From Escherichia phage BP32: a stretch of 64,000 bases of DNA. This document shows, in pieces, positions 46,205 through 58,412 of this stretch. The translations under genes and the position numbers were made by a program. Numbering within the stretch: position 1 is the stretch's first letter; the number at the start of each line of letters is the position of its first letter. The DNA lies in the sequence record OR906198.1; one strand, 5' to 3'. Below the pieces are notes generated by a model, which saw nothing but the letters and a program-made list of their open reading frames with translations, had not been told where the DNA came from and did no database searches.

Positions 46205-46372
46205 ATGTCAGATAAGATTTGTGTTGTCTGTAAAACTCCAATCGATTCTGCATTGGTTGTTGAAACAGACAAAGGTCCTGTACATCCTGGGCCTTGTTAT
46301 AATTACATTAAAGAACTACCAGTTTCAGAAAGTTCGGAAGAACAATTAAATGAAACACAACTTTTGCTATAG
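46205..46372 (+). CDS. Small Cys-containing ORF (55 aa, uvsY.-2 position), below ORF-track cut-off
   Basis: GAGGAG Shine-Dalgarno then ATG; MSDKICVVCKTPIDS...PGPCYNY. Confidence 0.45.
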   Translation: MSDKICVVCKTPIDSALVVETDKGPVHPGPCYNYIKELPVSESSEEQLNETQLLL

Positions 46373-46394
46373 TGTGACCTTTAGTCTATAGTTT

Positions 46395-46420
46395 TGGCCC
46401 TTCCTTTTTGGTTGGGCCTT
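46395..46420. terminator. Hairpin with flanking T-run between convergent uvsY.-2 and uvsW.1
   Basis: ggccc...gggcc stem followed by TTTTTT. Confidence 0.4.
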
Positions 46421-46427
46421 TTTTAAT

Positions 46428-46670
46428 TTAAAAGCTTTCTTCTACTTCATCGTCTGAATCTTCTAATTCAGCTCTTTTTCCTGCCAAAGCATCTCTCACA
46501 GAGATGTCATCAGTATCTTTTAATTCAGTTTCTTTAACTCTTTTCTTATAATAAGCTTCAAGTTCTTCTAGACCTTCTAATGTTTGACAAGAGGCAATTT
46601 TACCCATAAATTCATCAATAGAAGCTTCATAAAGAAATTGTTTAAATTCTAGTAACATCTTTTTCTCCAA
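46428..46670 (-). CDS. UvsW.1 small acidic protein
   Basis: 80 aa ORF directly downstream of uvsW. Confidence 0.65.
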   Translation of the reverse strand: MEKKMLLEFKQFLYEASIDEFMGKIASCQTLEGLEELEAYYKKRVKETELKDTDDISVRDALAGKRAELEDSDDEVEESF

Positions 46671-46683
46671 AGGGCCGAAGCCC

Positions 46684-48195
46684 TTATAAATTAACTGTTT
46701 TCATTACGTAATTAAATTTTTCATCTGCGTATCGCTGAATACGATCAATGCCGTGTTTTAAAAGATAGTTTAAATGAACATATTTCTTTTTCGTATTAGC
46801 AGATTTTGGCTTAACACCGCAATCATCTATGAGGTCCCAGACCGTTGCGATTGTTTTAGAACCATGCTTACGTAATACGCGACCTATTGTTTGCAATACA
46901 ATAATTTTAGATTTAACGCCGTGCGCTAAAACAACGTGATGCAGATTTTTAACTGAAATACCAGTAGAAAATACACCATAACTAGCTACTATAATTATTC
47001 CTTTACCGTTTTCAGCTAAGGTTTTCATTACGTTGCGGGTTTCGGTATCAACTTCTCCTGATACGTAATAAACTTTATCATATTCATTTTTAATTAAATC
47101 GAAAATAGCTTTACCGTGTGATACATGCTTAAACATGACAAAAGCGTTTTCATCTTTTTGCGCAAGTTTAATAGCTAATTTAGCGATCCATTTATTTCTT
47201 TTACTGAGCCCAGTAATAATTTTTATTTCTTCTTGGTAAGTTTTTCCCTTTAATTTAGTAGTGAACTCATCGGGATAGCGAAGAAAAATACTATTAATTT
47301 TTAACTCAGTTACTTGTCCATCTTCCATTAATTTAGAAGTCGTTACTGGCTTAAATATTTCACCAAACATTCCAACATACTGCATGATATTGGCTTTGCC
47401 ATCACGTAATGAACCTGATAGACCAAATTTGAACATGCAGTTATTTAAACCTGATATGATAGATGAAATACTTTTTCCTGTAGCAAGATGGCATTCATCA
47501 TTCATCATCATTCCAAATTGTGAAAACCATTCTTTTGGTTGTTTTACTACAGTTTGCCATGTACCAACAATTACCGGTGCATCATTTTTATATTTATCAT
47601 CTTTTGATGCTCCGCCGCCGATTTTCTTTATCATTGCATGACTGAATAAACGATAATCAACAAAGTCATCAGCCATCTGAGTTGTTAAAGCAGTTGTTGG
47701 AACAATGATAAGAATTTTACCTTCATAATTTTCCAAATAATAACGTGCAAGCAAAGCTTGAATTAAAGATTTACCTGCGGATGTTGGAAGATTAAGAATT
47801 CTACGACGATTAACTAACCCTTCGAACACTGCATCTTTTTGATACCAATGCGGTTCAATTCTTTTATTTCCTGAATAGATTTCTAATTTAGAAAGCCATT
47901 CATCAAAATCTTTTCTTGATAATTCTTCTTTTTCGTTAATTTGTGGGTCAATCCAGGCTTTATAGCCAAAGTTATCACAGAACTTTTTAATTTGCCCAAC
48001 TAAGCCGAATGGAAGAAGGCGATTATAATCTAATAGACGGATTCGTCCATCCCAATGGCCATATTTGTACTTCGGATTAAAACGATACCCATCAGCTTCA
48101 AAGCTAAAGAAATCACGGAGTTCATGAAATGTACTTTCTTCACAATCAATTCTCACGTGACTAAAATCATAAAAATGTACTTTAATGTCAGTCAT
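46684..48195 (-). CDS. uvsW: UvsW DNA/RNA helicase (SF2)
   Basis: MTDIKVHFYDFSHVRIDCEESTFHELRDFFSFEADGYRFNP and LNLPTSAGKS Walker A match T4 UvsW; 503 aa. Confidence 0.93.
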   Translation of the reverse strand: MTDIKVHFYDFSHVRIDCEESTFHELRDFFSFEADGYRFNPKYKYGHWDGRIRLLDYNRLLPFGLVGQIKKFCDNFGYKAWIDPQINEKEELSRKDFDEWLSKLEIYSGNKRIEPHWYQKDAVFEGLVNRRRILNLPTSAGKSLIQALLARYYLENYEGKILIIVPTTALTTQMADDFVDYRLFSHAMIKKIGGGASKDDKYKNDAPVIVGTWQTVVKQPKEWFSQFGMMMNDECHLATGKSISSIISGLNNCMFKFGLSGSLRDGKANIMQYVGMFGEIFKPVTTSKLMEDGQVTELKINSIFLRYPDEFTTKLKGKTYQEEIKIITGLSKRNKWIAKLAIKLAQKDENAFVMFKHVSHGKAIFDLIKNEYDKVYYVSGEVDTETRNVMKTLAENGKGIIIVASYGVFSTGISVKNLHHVVLAHGVKSKIIVLQTIGRVLRKHGSKTIATVWDLIDDCGVKPKSANTKKKYVHLNYLLKHGIDRIQRYADEKFNYVMKTVNL

Positions 48196-48224
48196 GTCTA
48201 AATACCATGTAATAAATATATCTA

Positions 48225-48232
48225 TATTTATA
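48225..48232 (-). promoter_or_regulatory. T4-type late promoter TATAAATA for uvsW
   Basis: Exact motif on minus strand about 30 bp upstream of uvsW start. Confidence 0.55.
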
Positions 48233-48245
48233 CTGAGGAAATATT

Positions 48246-48926
48246 ATGATAGATAAAGATTATATTGCAGAGCTGAAGGCTCTTGATGATAATAAAGAAG
48301 CTAAAGCTAAATTAGCTGAATATGCTGAACAGTTTGGTATAAAGGTCAAAAAGAATAAATCTTTTGATAATATCGTTGTTGATATTGAAGAAGCCCTCCA
48401 GAAGCTCGCTAGTGAACCTATGCCAGAGACTGATGGGTTATCTATTAAAGACTTAATTGATGCTGCTGATGCTGCAGAGGGATTAAAATATGACGATGAA
48501 GAGGTCAATCCAGAAGCAGCACTTCTGATTGATTCTCCGGTTAAATCTGATATTAAAATTGAAGTAGTCGAAACGGATAAAATTCCTGAAAATACCGATG
48601 TTTTGATTGAAGATACTCCTTTTGTTGAAGAAAAATTCGAACAGGCTGTAGCTGAGATTATTGAATCTGAAAAGCCGTCTGTATTTACTCTTCCGGAAAA
48701 CTTTAGTCCGAATCTTCAGCTGATTGGAAAAAATCCAGGATTCTGCACTGTTCCTTGGTGGATTTATCAGTGGATTGCTGAAACTCCGGATTGGAAATCT
48801 CACCCAACTAGTTTTGAACATGCGTCGGCACACCAAACTTTATTTAGCTTAATTTACTACATTAACCGTGACGGATCAGTTCTAATTCGTGAAACGCGTA
48901 ACTCTTCTTTCGTAACATTAAAATAA
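48246..48926 (+). CDS. inh: Inh (inhibitor of prohead protease gp21)
   Basis: 226 aa ORF in T4 inh position and size. Confidence 0.7.
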   Translation: MIDKDYIAELKALDDNKEAKAKLAEYAEQFGIKVKKNKSFDNIVVDIEEALQKLASEPMPETDGLSIKDLIDAADAAEGLKYDDEEVNPEAALLIDSPVKSDIKIEVVETDKIPENTDVLIEDTPFVEEKFEQAVAEIIESEKPSVFTLPENFSPNLQLIGKNPGFCTVPWWIYQWIAETPDWKSHPTSFEHASAHQTLFSLIYYINRDGSVLIRETRNSSFVTLK

Positions 48927-48935
48927 GGATAACTT

Positions 48936-50066
48936 ATGGCTTTTACAGTTGATATAACTCCTAAAACACCTACTGGAGTTATAGATCAGACTCAGCAGTT
49001 TACTGCTACACCCAGTGGTGAAACTGGAGGTGGAACTATTACCTATGCTTGGACTGTAGATAATGTTCCACAAGATGGGGCTGAAGCAACTTTTAGTTAT
49101 GTACTAAAAGGACCTGCCGGTCAAAAGACTATTAAGGTGGTTGCAACAAATACAATTCCAGATACTGATGCTGAAACAGCAGAAGCTACTACAACTATCA
49201 CAGTTCAAAATAAGACACAGACAACTACCTTAGCTGTAACTCCTAATAGTCCTCCAGAAGGAGTAATCGGAACAGCCGTTGAATTTACTGCTGCCTTAGC
49301 TTCACAGCCATCGGGCGCATCTGCTACGTATCAATGGTACGTTGACGGTTCTCCTGTGAGCGAAGCAACTTCTGCTACATTCAATTATACTCCTACTACA
49401 AGCGGAGTTAAAAAAATTAAGTGTGTAGCTCAAGTAACTGCGACAGATTATGATGCACTGAGCGTTACTTCTAATGAAGTATCATTGACAGTTAATAAGA
49501 AGACAATGAATCCACAGGTTACATTGACTCCTCCTTCTATTAATGTTCAGCAAGATGCTTCGGCTACATTTACTGCTAATGTTACTGGCGCGCCTGAAGC
49601 AGCACAAATTACTTACTCATGGAAGAAAGATTCTTCTCCTGTAGAAGGGTCAACTAACGTATATACTGTCGATACCTCATCTGTTGGAAGTCAAACTATT
49701 GAAGTTACTGCTGTCGTTACAGCGACTGATTATGATAGCAAAACAGTTAAAACAACAGGTCAAGTTCAGGTAACTGATAAAGTTGCTCCGGAACCAGAAG
49801 GTGAATTGCCTTATGTTCATCCTCTTCCACATCGTACTTCAGCTTATATCTGGTGCGGTTGGTGGGTTATGGATGAAATCCAAAAAATGACTGAAGAAGG
49901 TAAAGATTGGAAAACTGACGACCCAGATAGTAAGTACTACTTGCATCGTTACACTCTTCAGAAGATGATGAAAGACTATCCAGAAGTTGATGTTCAAGAA
50001 TCGCGCAATGGATACATCATTCATAAAACTGCTTTAGAAACTGGTATCATCTATACCTATCCATAA
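48936..50066 (+). CDS. hoc: Hoc outer capsid protein (Ig-like domain repeats)
   Basis: 376 aa, same as T4 Hoc; repeated Thr/Val-rich segments. Confidence 0.85.
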   Translation: MAFTVDITPKTPTGVIDQTQQFTATPSGETGGGTITYAWTVDNVPQDGAEATFSYVLKGPAGQKTIKVVATNTIPDTDAETAEATTTITVQNKTQTTTLAVTPNSPPEGVIGTAVEFTAALASQPSGASATYQWYVDGSPVSEATSATFNYTPTTSGVKKIKCVAQVTATDYDALSVTSNEVSLTVNKKTMNPQVTLTPPSINVQQDASATFTANVTGAPEAAQITYSWKKDSSPVEGSTNVYTVDTSSVGSQTIEVTAVVTATDYDSKTVKTTGQVQVTDKVAPEPEGELPYVHPLPHRTSAYIWCGWWVMDEIQKMTEEGKDWKTDDPDSKYYLHRYTLQKMMKDYPEVDVQESRNGYIIHKTALETGIIYTYP

Positions 50067-50070
50067 TCTA

Positions 50071-50096
50071 AGGGGCTTCGGCCCCTTTCTTCATTT
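50071..50096 (+). terminator. Rho-independent terminator after hoc
   Basis: aggggc-ttcg-gcccct hairpin followed by T-rich tract. Confidence 0.7.
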
Positions 50097-50154
50097 TGAA
50101 AGCACACAAAACACAATCAGAAAACGATGTATATAATGGCACCAACTCGATAAC

Positions 50155-50370
50155 ATGAGATTGATTATGAGAACTGAGGTTGTGGTGTTTACACTCCATG
50201 AGTCTGGAAAGTCATTCATTGAAATTGCTCGTGAATTGAACTTACATGCAAAGGAAGTGGCTGTATTATGGGCTCGAGCTATGACTGCTAAGAATAAATT
50301 TGAGACTCGAGAAAAAGTTGTCTATAGAAAAAGACATATTAATAAAAGGGTGAAAAATGGAACAGTATGA
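50155..50370 (+). CDS. Small putative helix-turn-helix protein (24.3-like position)
   Basis: ESGKSFIEIARELNLHAKEVAVLW resembles an HTH; 71 aa. Confidence 0.5.
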   Translation: MRLIMRTEVVVFTLHESGKSFIEIARELNLHAKEVAVLWARAMTAKNKFETREKVVYRKRHINKRVKNGTV

Positions 50371-50635
50371 TCTTTATGAAAATGAATCTTTTGCTAATCA
50401 ATTACGCGAAAAAGCACTTAAAAGTAAACAGTTTAAACTAGAGTGTTTTATTAAAGATTTTTCGGAACTTGCTAATAAAGCAGCTGAACAAGGTAAAACA
50501 TATTTTAGTTATTATTGCACTGCTCGCGATAAATTGATTACTGAAGAAATTGGTGATTGGCTGAGAAAAGAAGGATTTAGCTTTAAAGTCAATAGTGATC
50601 AGCGTGATGGTGATTGGTTAGAAATTACATTTTGA
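50357..50635 (+). CDS. Hypothetical protein (24.2-like position)
   Basis: 92 aa ORF. Confidence 0.55.
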   Translation: MEQYDLYENESFANQLREKALKSKQFKLECFIKDFSELANKAAEQGKTYFSYYCTARDKLITEEIGDWLRKEGFSFKVNSDQRDGDWLEITF

Positions 50636-50644
50636 GGATTAATT

Positions 50645-51649
50645 ATGTTTAAAAAGTATAGCAGTCTTGAAAATCATTACAATTCTAAATTCATTGAAAA
50701 ACTTTACAGTTTAGGATTGACTGGCGGCGAATGGGTAGCTCGTGAAAAGATTCATGGCACAAATTTCTCACTGATTATTGAACGCGATAAAGCAACTTGT
50801 GCTAAACGTACTGGACCGATTCTTCCTGCTGAAGATTTCTTTGGGTATGAAATTATTCTAAAGAATTACGCTGATTCCATTAAAGCAGTACAAGATATTA
50901 TGGAAACTTCGGCAGTTGTATCTTATCAAGTCTTCGGCGAATTCGCTGGACCTGGCATTCAGAAGAATGTCGATTATGGCGATAAAGATTTTTATGTATT
51001 TGACATTATTGTTACTACCGAAAGTGGTGATGTGACTTATGTCGATGATTATATGATGGAATCATTCTGTAATACATTCAAATTTAAAATGGCTCCACTT
51101 TTGGGTCGTGGTAAATTTGAAGAACTTATTAAATTGCCAAATGATTTAGATTCTGTCGTCCAGGATTATAATTTTACAGTAGACCATGCTGGATTAGTTG
51201 ATGCAAATAAATGCGTTTGGAATGCTGAAGCAAAAGGTGAAGTATTTACCGCTGAAGGTTATGTATTGAAACCTTGTTATCCTTCTTGGATGCCTAACGG
51301 AAATCGTGTAGCTATTAAATGCAAGAACTCTAAATTTAGTGAAAAGAAAAAGTCTGATAAGCCTATTAAAGCTAAAGTTGAGCTGTCAGAAGCTGATAAT
51401 AAATTGCTGGGAATTTTAGCTTGCTACGTTACACTGAACCGGGTAAATAACGTTATTTCTAAAATTGGCGAAATTGGTCCAAAAGATTTTGGAAAGGTGA
51501 TGGGACTAACTGTTCAAGATATTTTGGAAGAAACTTCTCGTGAAGGTATTACTTTAACTCAAGCGGATAATCCTTCCTTGATTAAGAAGGAATTAGTTAA
51601 AATGGTACAAGATGTACTTCGTCCGGCTTGGATTGAATTGGTAAGTTAA
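50645..51649 (+). CDS. rnlB: RNA ligase 2
   Basis: [43 protein letters not shown] with KxHGxN nucleotidyltransferase motif matches T4 Rnl2; 334 aa. Confidence 0.95.
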   Translation: MFKKYSSLENHYNSKFIEKLYSLGLTGGEWVAREKIHGTNFSLIIERDKATCAKRTGPILPAEDFFGYEIILKNYADSIKAVQDIMETSAVVSYQVFGEFAGPGIQKNVDYGDKDFYVFDIIVTTESGDVTYVDDYMMESFCNTFKFKMAPLLGRGKFEELIKLPNDLDSVVQDYNFTVDHAGLVDANKCVWNAEAKGEVFTAEGYVLKPCYPSWMPNGNRVAIKCKNSKFSEKKKSDKPIKAKVELSEADNKLLGILACYVTLNRVNNVISKIGEIGPKDFGKVMGLTVQDILEETSREGITLTQADNPSLIKKELVKMVQDVLRPAWIELVS

Positions 51650-51653
51650 ATAA

Positions 51654-51680
51654 AAAGGGACCGAAAGGTCCCTTTGTTTT
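51654..51680. terminator. Bidirectional hairpin terminator between rnlB and gene 24
   Basis: aaaagggacc-gaaa-ggtcccttt flanked by A and T runs. Confidence 0.75.
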
Positions 51681-52962
51681 ATTCATCAACGATAATTTTT
51701 GGTAGCTTAACACCTAATAAAACAGACAAATCTGAACGACCCGCCATTTTATCCATGTCTCCACCATCAATTATTCTTGCTTCTTTTTCATCTTTTGCTA
51801 CAGTGTAAGGATTTGCAGATAAAGCATATCTAACCAATAAACCGATAGATGGCTGCAAACTTTCTGGATCAACTACAACTTTAAATGCACCTACATGTTC
51901 AGGGTCATCTAAGTCAAGACCTTCTGTATACGGAGCATAGAAAATTGATCCGACAATTTCTTTTTCACCGATATTTTCTACTACACCAACGATTACATAA
52001 TCTAATGGGCTGTTAGTATCGCAATAAAGCGGTAAACCATTAGCTAAGAACCCGTAGGCATTTTGTGAAAGATATTTGTCATCTTCTGGTTTATGTTTTA
52101 ACCAACCTGATGCAGCAAGAATCGCAGCGGCACGAGCTGAAGCAACACAGAACGTTGCAGTATAAGTTGATTCTTTTTGGATATGCGAAACCATTTCACA
52201 TACCATTCGGTATAATGAACGACCAGCTTCAGGTGCAGATGCATAACTCAAATCAATGAATCCGGTATCAGTAATTCCTGTAACTTTATAGCGTTTTGAT
52301 ACTGTAATCAAAGACTGTAGAATATCTTTATTGATTTCATCCGCCATTTCAGTTGCAAGCAAATCTTCCAAGAAATTAGGAGCATCGAATCCATTTGCTT
52401 CTAAATCTTGTGCTAATTCAACTGTGATACCAGTTTTAAGTTTACGAGATTTAACTGCGGTTTGCCATTTATTAATCTGGAATCTAGCATCAGCAATTTC
52501 GCTATCAGAGCTTTCAAATTTGCTTGTTGACGCTGCGTCAGAAAATAGGCGAACCTTTAAAAGAACAATTGCAATCTGAAGAGCTAATTCTAAATCGCTT
52601 TCTTCAATGGTAGCAAATGGTGTATCTTCTAATACTTTATAAACGATATTATTATATTTGAATAAATCGCCTTTATTGAGAGTTAATTTAGACTCTTCTG
52701 TTAATTCAGTGATTTGTTCTCGGTCTACATATCCAGCTTCACCAGCGTAAGTAGCACCAGTTTTAAATGTAAATTCGTTATCTGGATTAAGGTATTTGAT
52801 ACCATAAAAAGCAGCAACAGGTTGATTAGTTCTTTGCGTTGCTACAATGTCAGAATATATTAATTTAGTGGTAGCGCGAGTCAAAGCAACGAGATTTGGG
52901 CGACCGATTGAGTTGCTATTCGTTGTGGTTGATTCGCGCAGAAGTTCGTTGATTTTAGCCAT
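51679..52962 (-). CDS. 24: Head vertex protein gp24
   Basis: 427 aa, same as T4 gp24. Confidence 0.9.
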   Translation of the reverse strand: MAKINELLRESTTTNSNSIGRPNLVALTRATTKLIYSDIVATQRTNQPVAAFYGIKYLNPDNEFTFKTGATYAGEAGYVDREQITELTEESKLTLNKGDLFKYNNIVYKVLEDTPFATIEESDLELALQIAIVLLKVRLFSDAASTSKFESSDSEIADARFQINKWQTAVKSRKLKTGITVELAQDLEANGFDAPNFLEDLLATEMADEINKDILQSLITVSKRYKVTGITDTGFIDLSYASAPEAGRSLYRMVCEMVSHIQKESTYTATFCVASARAAAILAASGWLKHKPEDDKYLSQNAYGFLANGLPLYCDTNSPLDYVIVGVVENIGEKEIVGSIFYAPYTEGLDLDDPEHVGAFKVVVDPESLQPSIGLLVRYALSANPYTVAKDEKEARIIDGGDMDKMAGRSDLSVLLGVKLPKIIVDE

Positions 52963-52989
52963 TGCGCTTTCCTTTTGGTTTATATGATT

Positions 52990-52997
52990 TATTTATA
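52990..52997 (-). promoter_or_regulatory. T4-type late promoter TATAAATA for gene 24
   Basis: Exact motif on minus strand about 30 bp upstream of gene 24 start. Confidence 0.6.
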
Positions 52998-53012
52998 CCA
53001 TAAAAACAACTA

Positions 53013-53032
53013 AAGGGACCCGAAGGTCCCTT
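53013..53032 (-). terminator. Hairpin terminator downstream of gene 23
   Basis: aagggacc-cgaa-ggtccctt perfect 8 bp stem after gene 23 stop. Confidence 0.65.
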
Positions 53033-53045
53033 AAATCGTCAAAGA

Positions 53046-54611
53046 TTAGATACCTTTAACATATACACGGCGGAAGTAAGCGTTTTTACCAAGGCTATTC
53101 AGAATAGAAGGCATACCGCTTTGAATGCGAGAAGCCGGAGCCTGAGCAGCGGATTCTGCAAATGGGTTGATACCGATACCGTAACGAGTTTTGAATCCCA
53201 TTACTGGTTGGAAGTTCTTCGGATCGGAACCACGCAGCGGAGTCAGAGCTACATATGGAGCATAGTAAATACCAGCATCCATTTCGTTCGGACCTTTATA
53301 ACCTACAGTGAAATAATCCTGTTTAGCATACTGGTCGATATATACACGGTATTTACCACCCAGAACACCAGCAAATACTGACTTGGTAGTATCAGTGTTA
53401 AAGCCGGTAGCCAGACCCTGTGCAGCATAAGAAATGCCAGTATCAACTGAAGCCAGAACGTTAACTACGTTACGGGAAGCGATAATGAAGTTACCTTCAC
53501 CACGACCGGTCTGACGAGCAATTTCAACTGCTTCTTTGTCAATCTGGAACAACAGAGCTTTAAAGGATTCACCCGCCCAGCGAGCACCACGAATATCAAT
53601 CGGATCCTGGAAGTCAAATACACCAGCTTTAGAACCCGGAGTCAGGGTCATACCAGATTTACCAACCTGAGCTGAGTAGTTAATCCAATCAACAACTTCA
53701 CGGTTGATTTCCAGCATGATTTCGGTAGCCAGAATACCAGACAGTTCAGCATCAGCATCCATACCGTGAACAGCGCGGAGGTCTTGTGCTAATTCAATAG
53801 AGTAAGCAGCTTTCAGCTGACGAGATTTAGCTTCGATAACTTGTTTATCGATACGGAAGCCCATTTCATTCCATGGGTTATCGGTAGAACCATTGAAACC
53901 TTCCTGAAGTTCAGCGATAGAAGTAGCCATACCTTCAGCGATTTCTACCAGTACACCAGCTTCCATTTGTTTCTTAATTTCAGCATCTAATTTAGCTGCA
54001 TCAGTTGCGCTTGCATCGATTGTTACTACAGCAGAAGCCTGCAGATACACAGTACCAGTTTCCTGGAAGAAGTGAGTATAGATATCACCTACAACGGTTT
54101 GTGTGCTAGCAGCCAGAGCTGGGAATTTCTTAGCAGCACCCTGACCAGAGAACATTGCATCTGGACCATACATTGGGTGGAATGCTTCTTTAGCGCCGGC
54201 AGCGATTGGGTCTTTACCATATACTGCGCGCAGTGCGAATACCTGACCGGTTGGGCTGTTCATCGGCTGAACACCGCAAATATCGAAAGCAATCAGGTTA
54301 GGAATAGCACGACGTACCATACCCATAACAGCTGGGCCAATCTGAGTTACTGCGCCAGAAGTCTGACCAGCAGCGATGTTAGTAGCGTTGTAACCGTGGT
54401 CACCACCGATTTCAGCTTCTGTTAAGAAAGAACCGAATGCCTGAGCAATTTTTTCGTCTTTGTACTCTGGAGCTGTCTGGAAATCTTTTTCCTGGTTTTC
54501 AAAGATTTTAGCGATAATCGCTTGTTTGCTATTAGCAATTTCCGGTAAACCTTCACCTTCCAGTAATGGCTTCCATTTGTTCAAAAGTTCAGCTTTAGTT
54601 TTGATAGTCAT
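53046..54611 (-). CDS. 23: Major capsid protein gp23
   Basis: 521 aa, same as T4 gp23; highly expressed-type codon usage. Confidence 0.95.
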   Translation of the reverse strand: MTIKTKAELLNKWKPLLEGEGLPEIANSKQAIIAKIFENQEKDFQTAPEYKDEKIAQAFGSFLTEAEIGGDHGYNATNIAAGQTSGAVTQIGPAVMGMVRRAIPNLIAFDICGVQPMNSPTGQVFALRAVYGKDPIAAGAKEAFHPMYGPDAMFSGQGAAKKFPALAASTQTVVGDIYTHFFQETGTVYLQASAVVTIDASATDAAKLDAEIKKQMEAGVLVEIAEGMATSIAELQEGFNGSTDNPWNEMGFRIDKQVIEAKSRQLKAAYSIELAQDLRAVHGMDADAELSGILATEIMLEINREVVDWINYSAQVGKSGMTLTPGSKAGVFDFQDPIDIRGARWAGESFKALLFQIDKEAVEIARQTGRGEGNFIIASRNVVNVLASVDTGISYAAQGLATGFNTDTTKSVFAGVLGGKYRVYIDQYAKQDYFTVGYKGPNEMDAGIYYAPYVALTPLRGSDPKNFQPVMGFKTRYGIGINPFAESAAQAPASRIQSGMPSILNSLGKNAYFRRVYVKGI

Positions 54612-54629
54612 TTGTGTTAACCTTTAAAA

Positions 54630-55439
54630 TTAGAAACGAGATGCGACTTTCGCATATACACTTACAATATCTTCTGCACCAGGTGCAGCTTTATCTTCTA
54701 CAGCTTCAGTGACGAAATTCAGTCCGGCTGCTTCAGTATCAGGAGTATTTATACCCTCAGTAATAGTGCTTTCATCTTTATTAGACTTCTTCACCATTTC
54801 TACGATGGCACTCAATTTATTTGAGAATTCATCTGAATAATCCATACCTTCGACCAGAGCAGAGACTTTTTCTTTTTGAGACTCAGTCAGATCTTTAGTA
54901 CTTTCGCTCAATGCCACTTCACGCTGCACATAATTGATATATGCGTCGCGCATATTGAGTTCTTCGAACAGACGAGCTGATTCTTCTTTATGTTCTTGCA
55001 GCTCTTCTTCCATTTCAGCCACAACATCAACTGATTCTTCTGGAACAACAACGTTGTGTTCAACAAAGAGCTCTTTTAATCCACCAAGCATGGATTCAAA
55101 CAGTTCGGCTTTGATGCCTTTATCAACTGCTAATTTATTTTCAGCGAGCCATTCTTTCGCAAGATGGTCAATGAATTTAGAAGCTTGCTCAGCGATTTTC
55201 TTCTCAGCTTTTTCTTCGGCTTCTTCTTTATTTTTTTCTACTTCTTCTTCTGCTTTTTCAGCAATTTTAGCGATATGAGATTCAGCTAATTTAACGGCGT
55301 GCTGCTTGACGGTAGCTTCGAATACAGTGCCGAAAGTTTCTTTTGCTTCCGGAGAAATATTAACTGATTCGAAAATACTATCAAGAGCAACGGAAGCATC
55401 AATTTTTTGCGCTTCAGCAATCAGTTGTTCTTTAAGCAT
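54630..55439 (-). CDS. 22: Prohead core scaffold protein gp22
   Basis: 269 aa Glu/Lys/Ala-rich helical protein, same as T4 gp22. Confidence 0.9.
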   Translation of the reverse strand: MLKEQLIAEAQKIDASVALDSIFESVNISPEAKETFGTVFEATVKQHAVKLAESHIAKIAEKAEEEVEKNKEEAEEKAEKKIAEQASKFIDHLAKEWLAENKLAVDKGIKAELFESMLGGLKELFVEHNVVVPEESVDVVAEMEEELQEHKEESARLFEELNMRDAYINYVQREVALSESTKDLTESQKEKVSALVEGMDYSDEFSNKLSAIVEMVKKSNKDESTITEGINTPDTEAAGLNFVTEAVEDKAAPGAEDIVSVYAKVASRF

Positions 55440-55466
55440 TTTGTAGTCCTGTTGTTTAGATAATAA

Positions 55467-55474
55467 TATTTATA
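55467..55474 (-). promoter_or_regulatory. T4-type late promoter TATAAATA for gene 22
   Basis: Exact motif on minus strand overlapping the end of gene 21. Confidence 0.55.
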
Positions 55475-56108
55475 ACGCTTTTTTCATGGCCTCTGCGAGA
55501 GCCATATAGGCGTCATCGGCACTTGTATCGGCTTCCGCCGTCTGTGATTCGGTAATTTCCTTAGGAGTTACCCATGCATCTGGAGCACTTGGACCCCATA
55601 CTGCATCAACACCTACAGTTAATTTGAATCCTTCGTTTACGATACGATAACCTTTATTTGTGTCAGTCAATGAACCTAATCCACGAGAAGAAACTCCTGG
55701 AATCCATCCGGCACGAATATTAGCTGCTAATTTATCTCCAGGACCGTGGTCACCTTCAATAACACGAGCTCGTCCGTATACGTCATTTCCTTTCCACCAC
55801 ATATCTTCTATAATGATAGCGGCTTGCATCGGGTCAACATTAGCGCGTGGAGGATGATTTAATTCTCCGAGAGCTTGTTTAGTTAAAACTTGCTCATTAA
55901 TATAGTCTTTTACCGCTTTTTCTAATATGCGTTTTGGATAAAGACGTTTATTTCTATTGACGACTTCTGCTTGCATGAATATTCCTTCGATGTATAAACC
56001 AGGTTTTAAACCTAAGTCTTTTCCATCGTGGGATTCAAGCATTGGCACACCATCAATAATTTCGCCAGGTTGACCCCAAGTTTCAATTAGTAATTGGGGT
56101 TCATTCAT
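55470..56108 (-). CDS. 21: Prohead core protease gp21
   Basis: 212 aa, same as T4 gp21. Confidence 0.9.
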   Translation of the reverse strand: MNEPQLLIETWGQPGEIIDGVPMLESHDGKDLGLKPGLYIEGIFMQAEVVNRNKRLYPKRILEKAVKDYINEQVLTKQALGELNHPPRANVDPMQAAIIIEDMWWKGNDVYGRARVIEGDHGPGDKLAANIRAGWIPGVSSRGLGSLTDTNKGYRIVNEGFKLTVGVDAVWGPSAPDAWVTPKEITESQTAEADTSADDAYMALAEAMKKAL

Positions 56109-56533
56109 TAGCTTAATCCTAATGCTTTACGGCGTTTAAGAGCTTTTTTACGCTTACGCTGAGCACGAGATTGACCTGCTGGATTGGCAATCTTCGTTTT
56201 GGTAGCTTTGCGAGCAATTTGTCTACGTTTTGCTTTAGACAGCCCAGTGGTTTGAAATGCATTACGTTCGCGTGTTTTGCGGTCTTTAGTACGTGTAATT
56301 TCACCACGAGCTGAAACATGCTTAACAATGAATTCATTTAACGGCATATTTTCATTAATAGAAGCTAATGCAACTGCTAAATCAGTTTCATCATCAAGCA
56401 TATTCTCGATAATTGTATTTATATCGTCTTTATTTAAAGCAGAAGACAATTCGTCAAAGCGACCCTGTGCTTCAGGAATAAGTGCTTCGACATTCTCGAG
56501 AACTAATTCATGAGTTTCAGGGATCAGAAGCAT
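56108..56533 (-). CDS. 68: Prohead core protein gp68
   Basis: 141 aa with basic C-terminus, same as T4 gp68. Confidence 0.8.
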   Translation of the reverse strand: MLLIPETHELVLENVEALIPEAQGRFDELSSALNKDDINTIIENMLDDETDLAVALASINENMPLNEFIVKHVSARGEITRTKDRKTRERNAFQTTGLSKAKRRQIARKATKTKIANPAGQSRAQRKRKKALKRRKALGLS

Positions 56534-56777
56534 TATTCATCATCCTCGTCTTCGTCATCTTCATCAGAGTCTTTGTCTTTTTTGTCTTCTTTATCATCAC
56601 TATCTTCGTCTTCATCATCCTCGTCTTCAGGTTCTTCACCTTCGATTAAGAAATTACGAGCGATAGCGATTTTTTCTTCTTTAATTAAATCAATCGTTCT
56701 TGCAGCCATGGCTTCAGCAAATAATTTACGAGCGGCTACGAGGTCGTTTGATTTAATAGCTTCAATTAAACCTTCCA

Positions 56778-56778
<1 letters not shown>
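56533..56778 (-). CDS. 67: Prohead core protein gp67 (acidic Asp/Glu-rich tail)
   Basis: 81 aa with [31 protein letters not shown] tail. Confidence 0.8.
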
Positions 56779-58403
<1,625 letters not shown>

Positions 58404-58412
58404 TTAAGCAGG

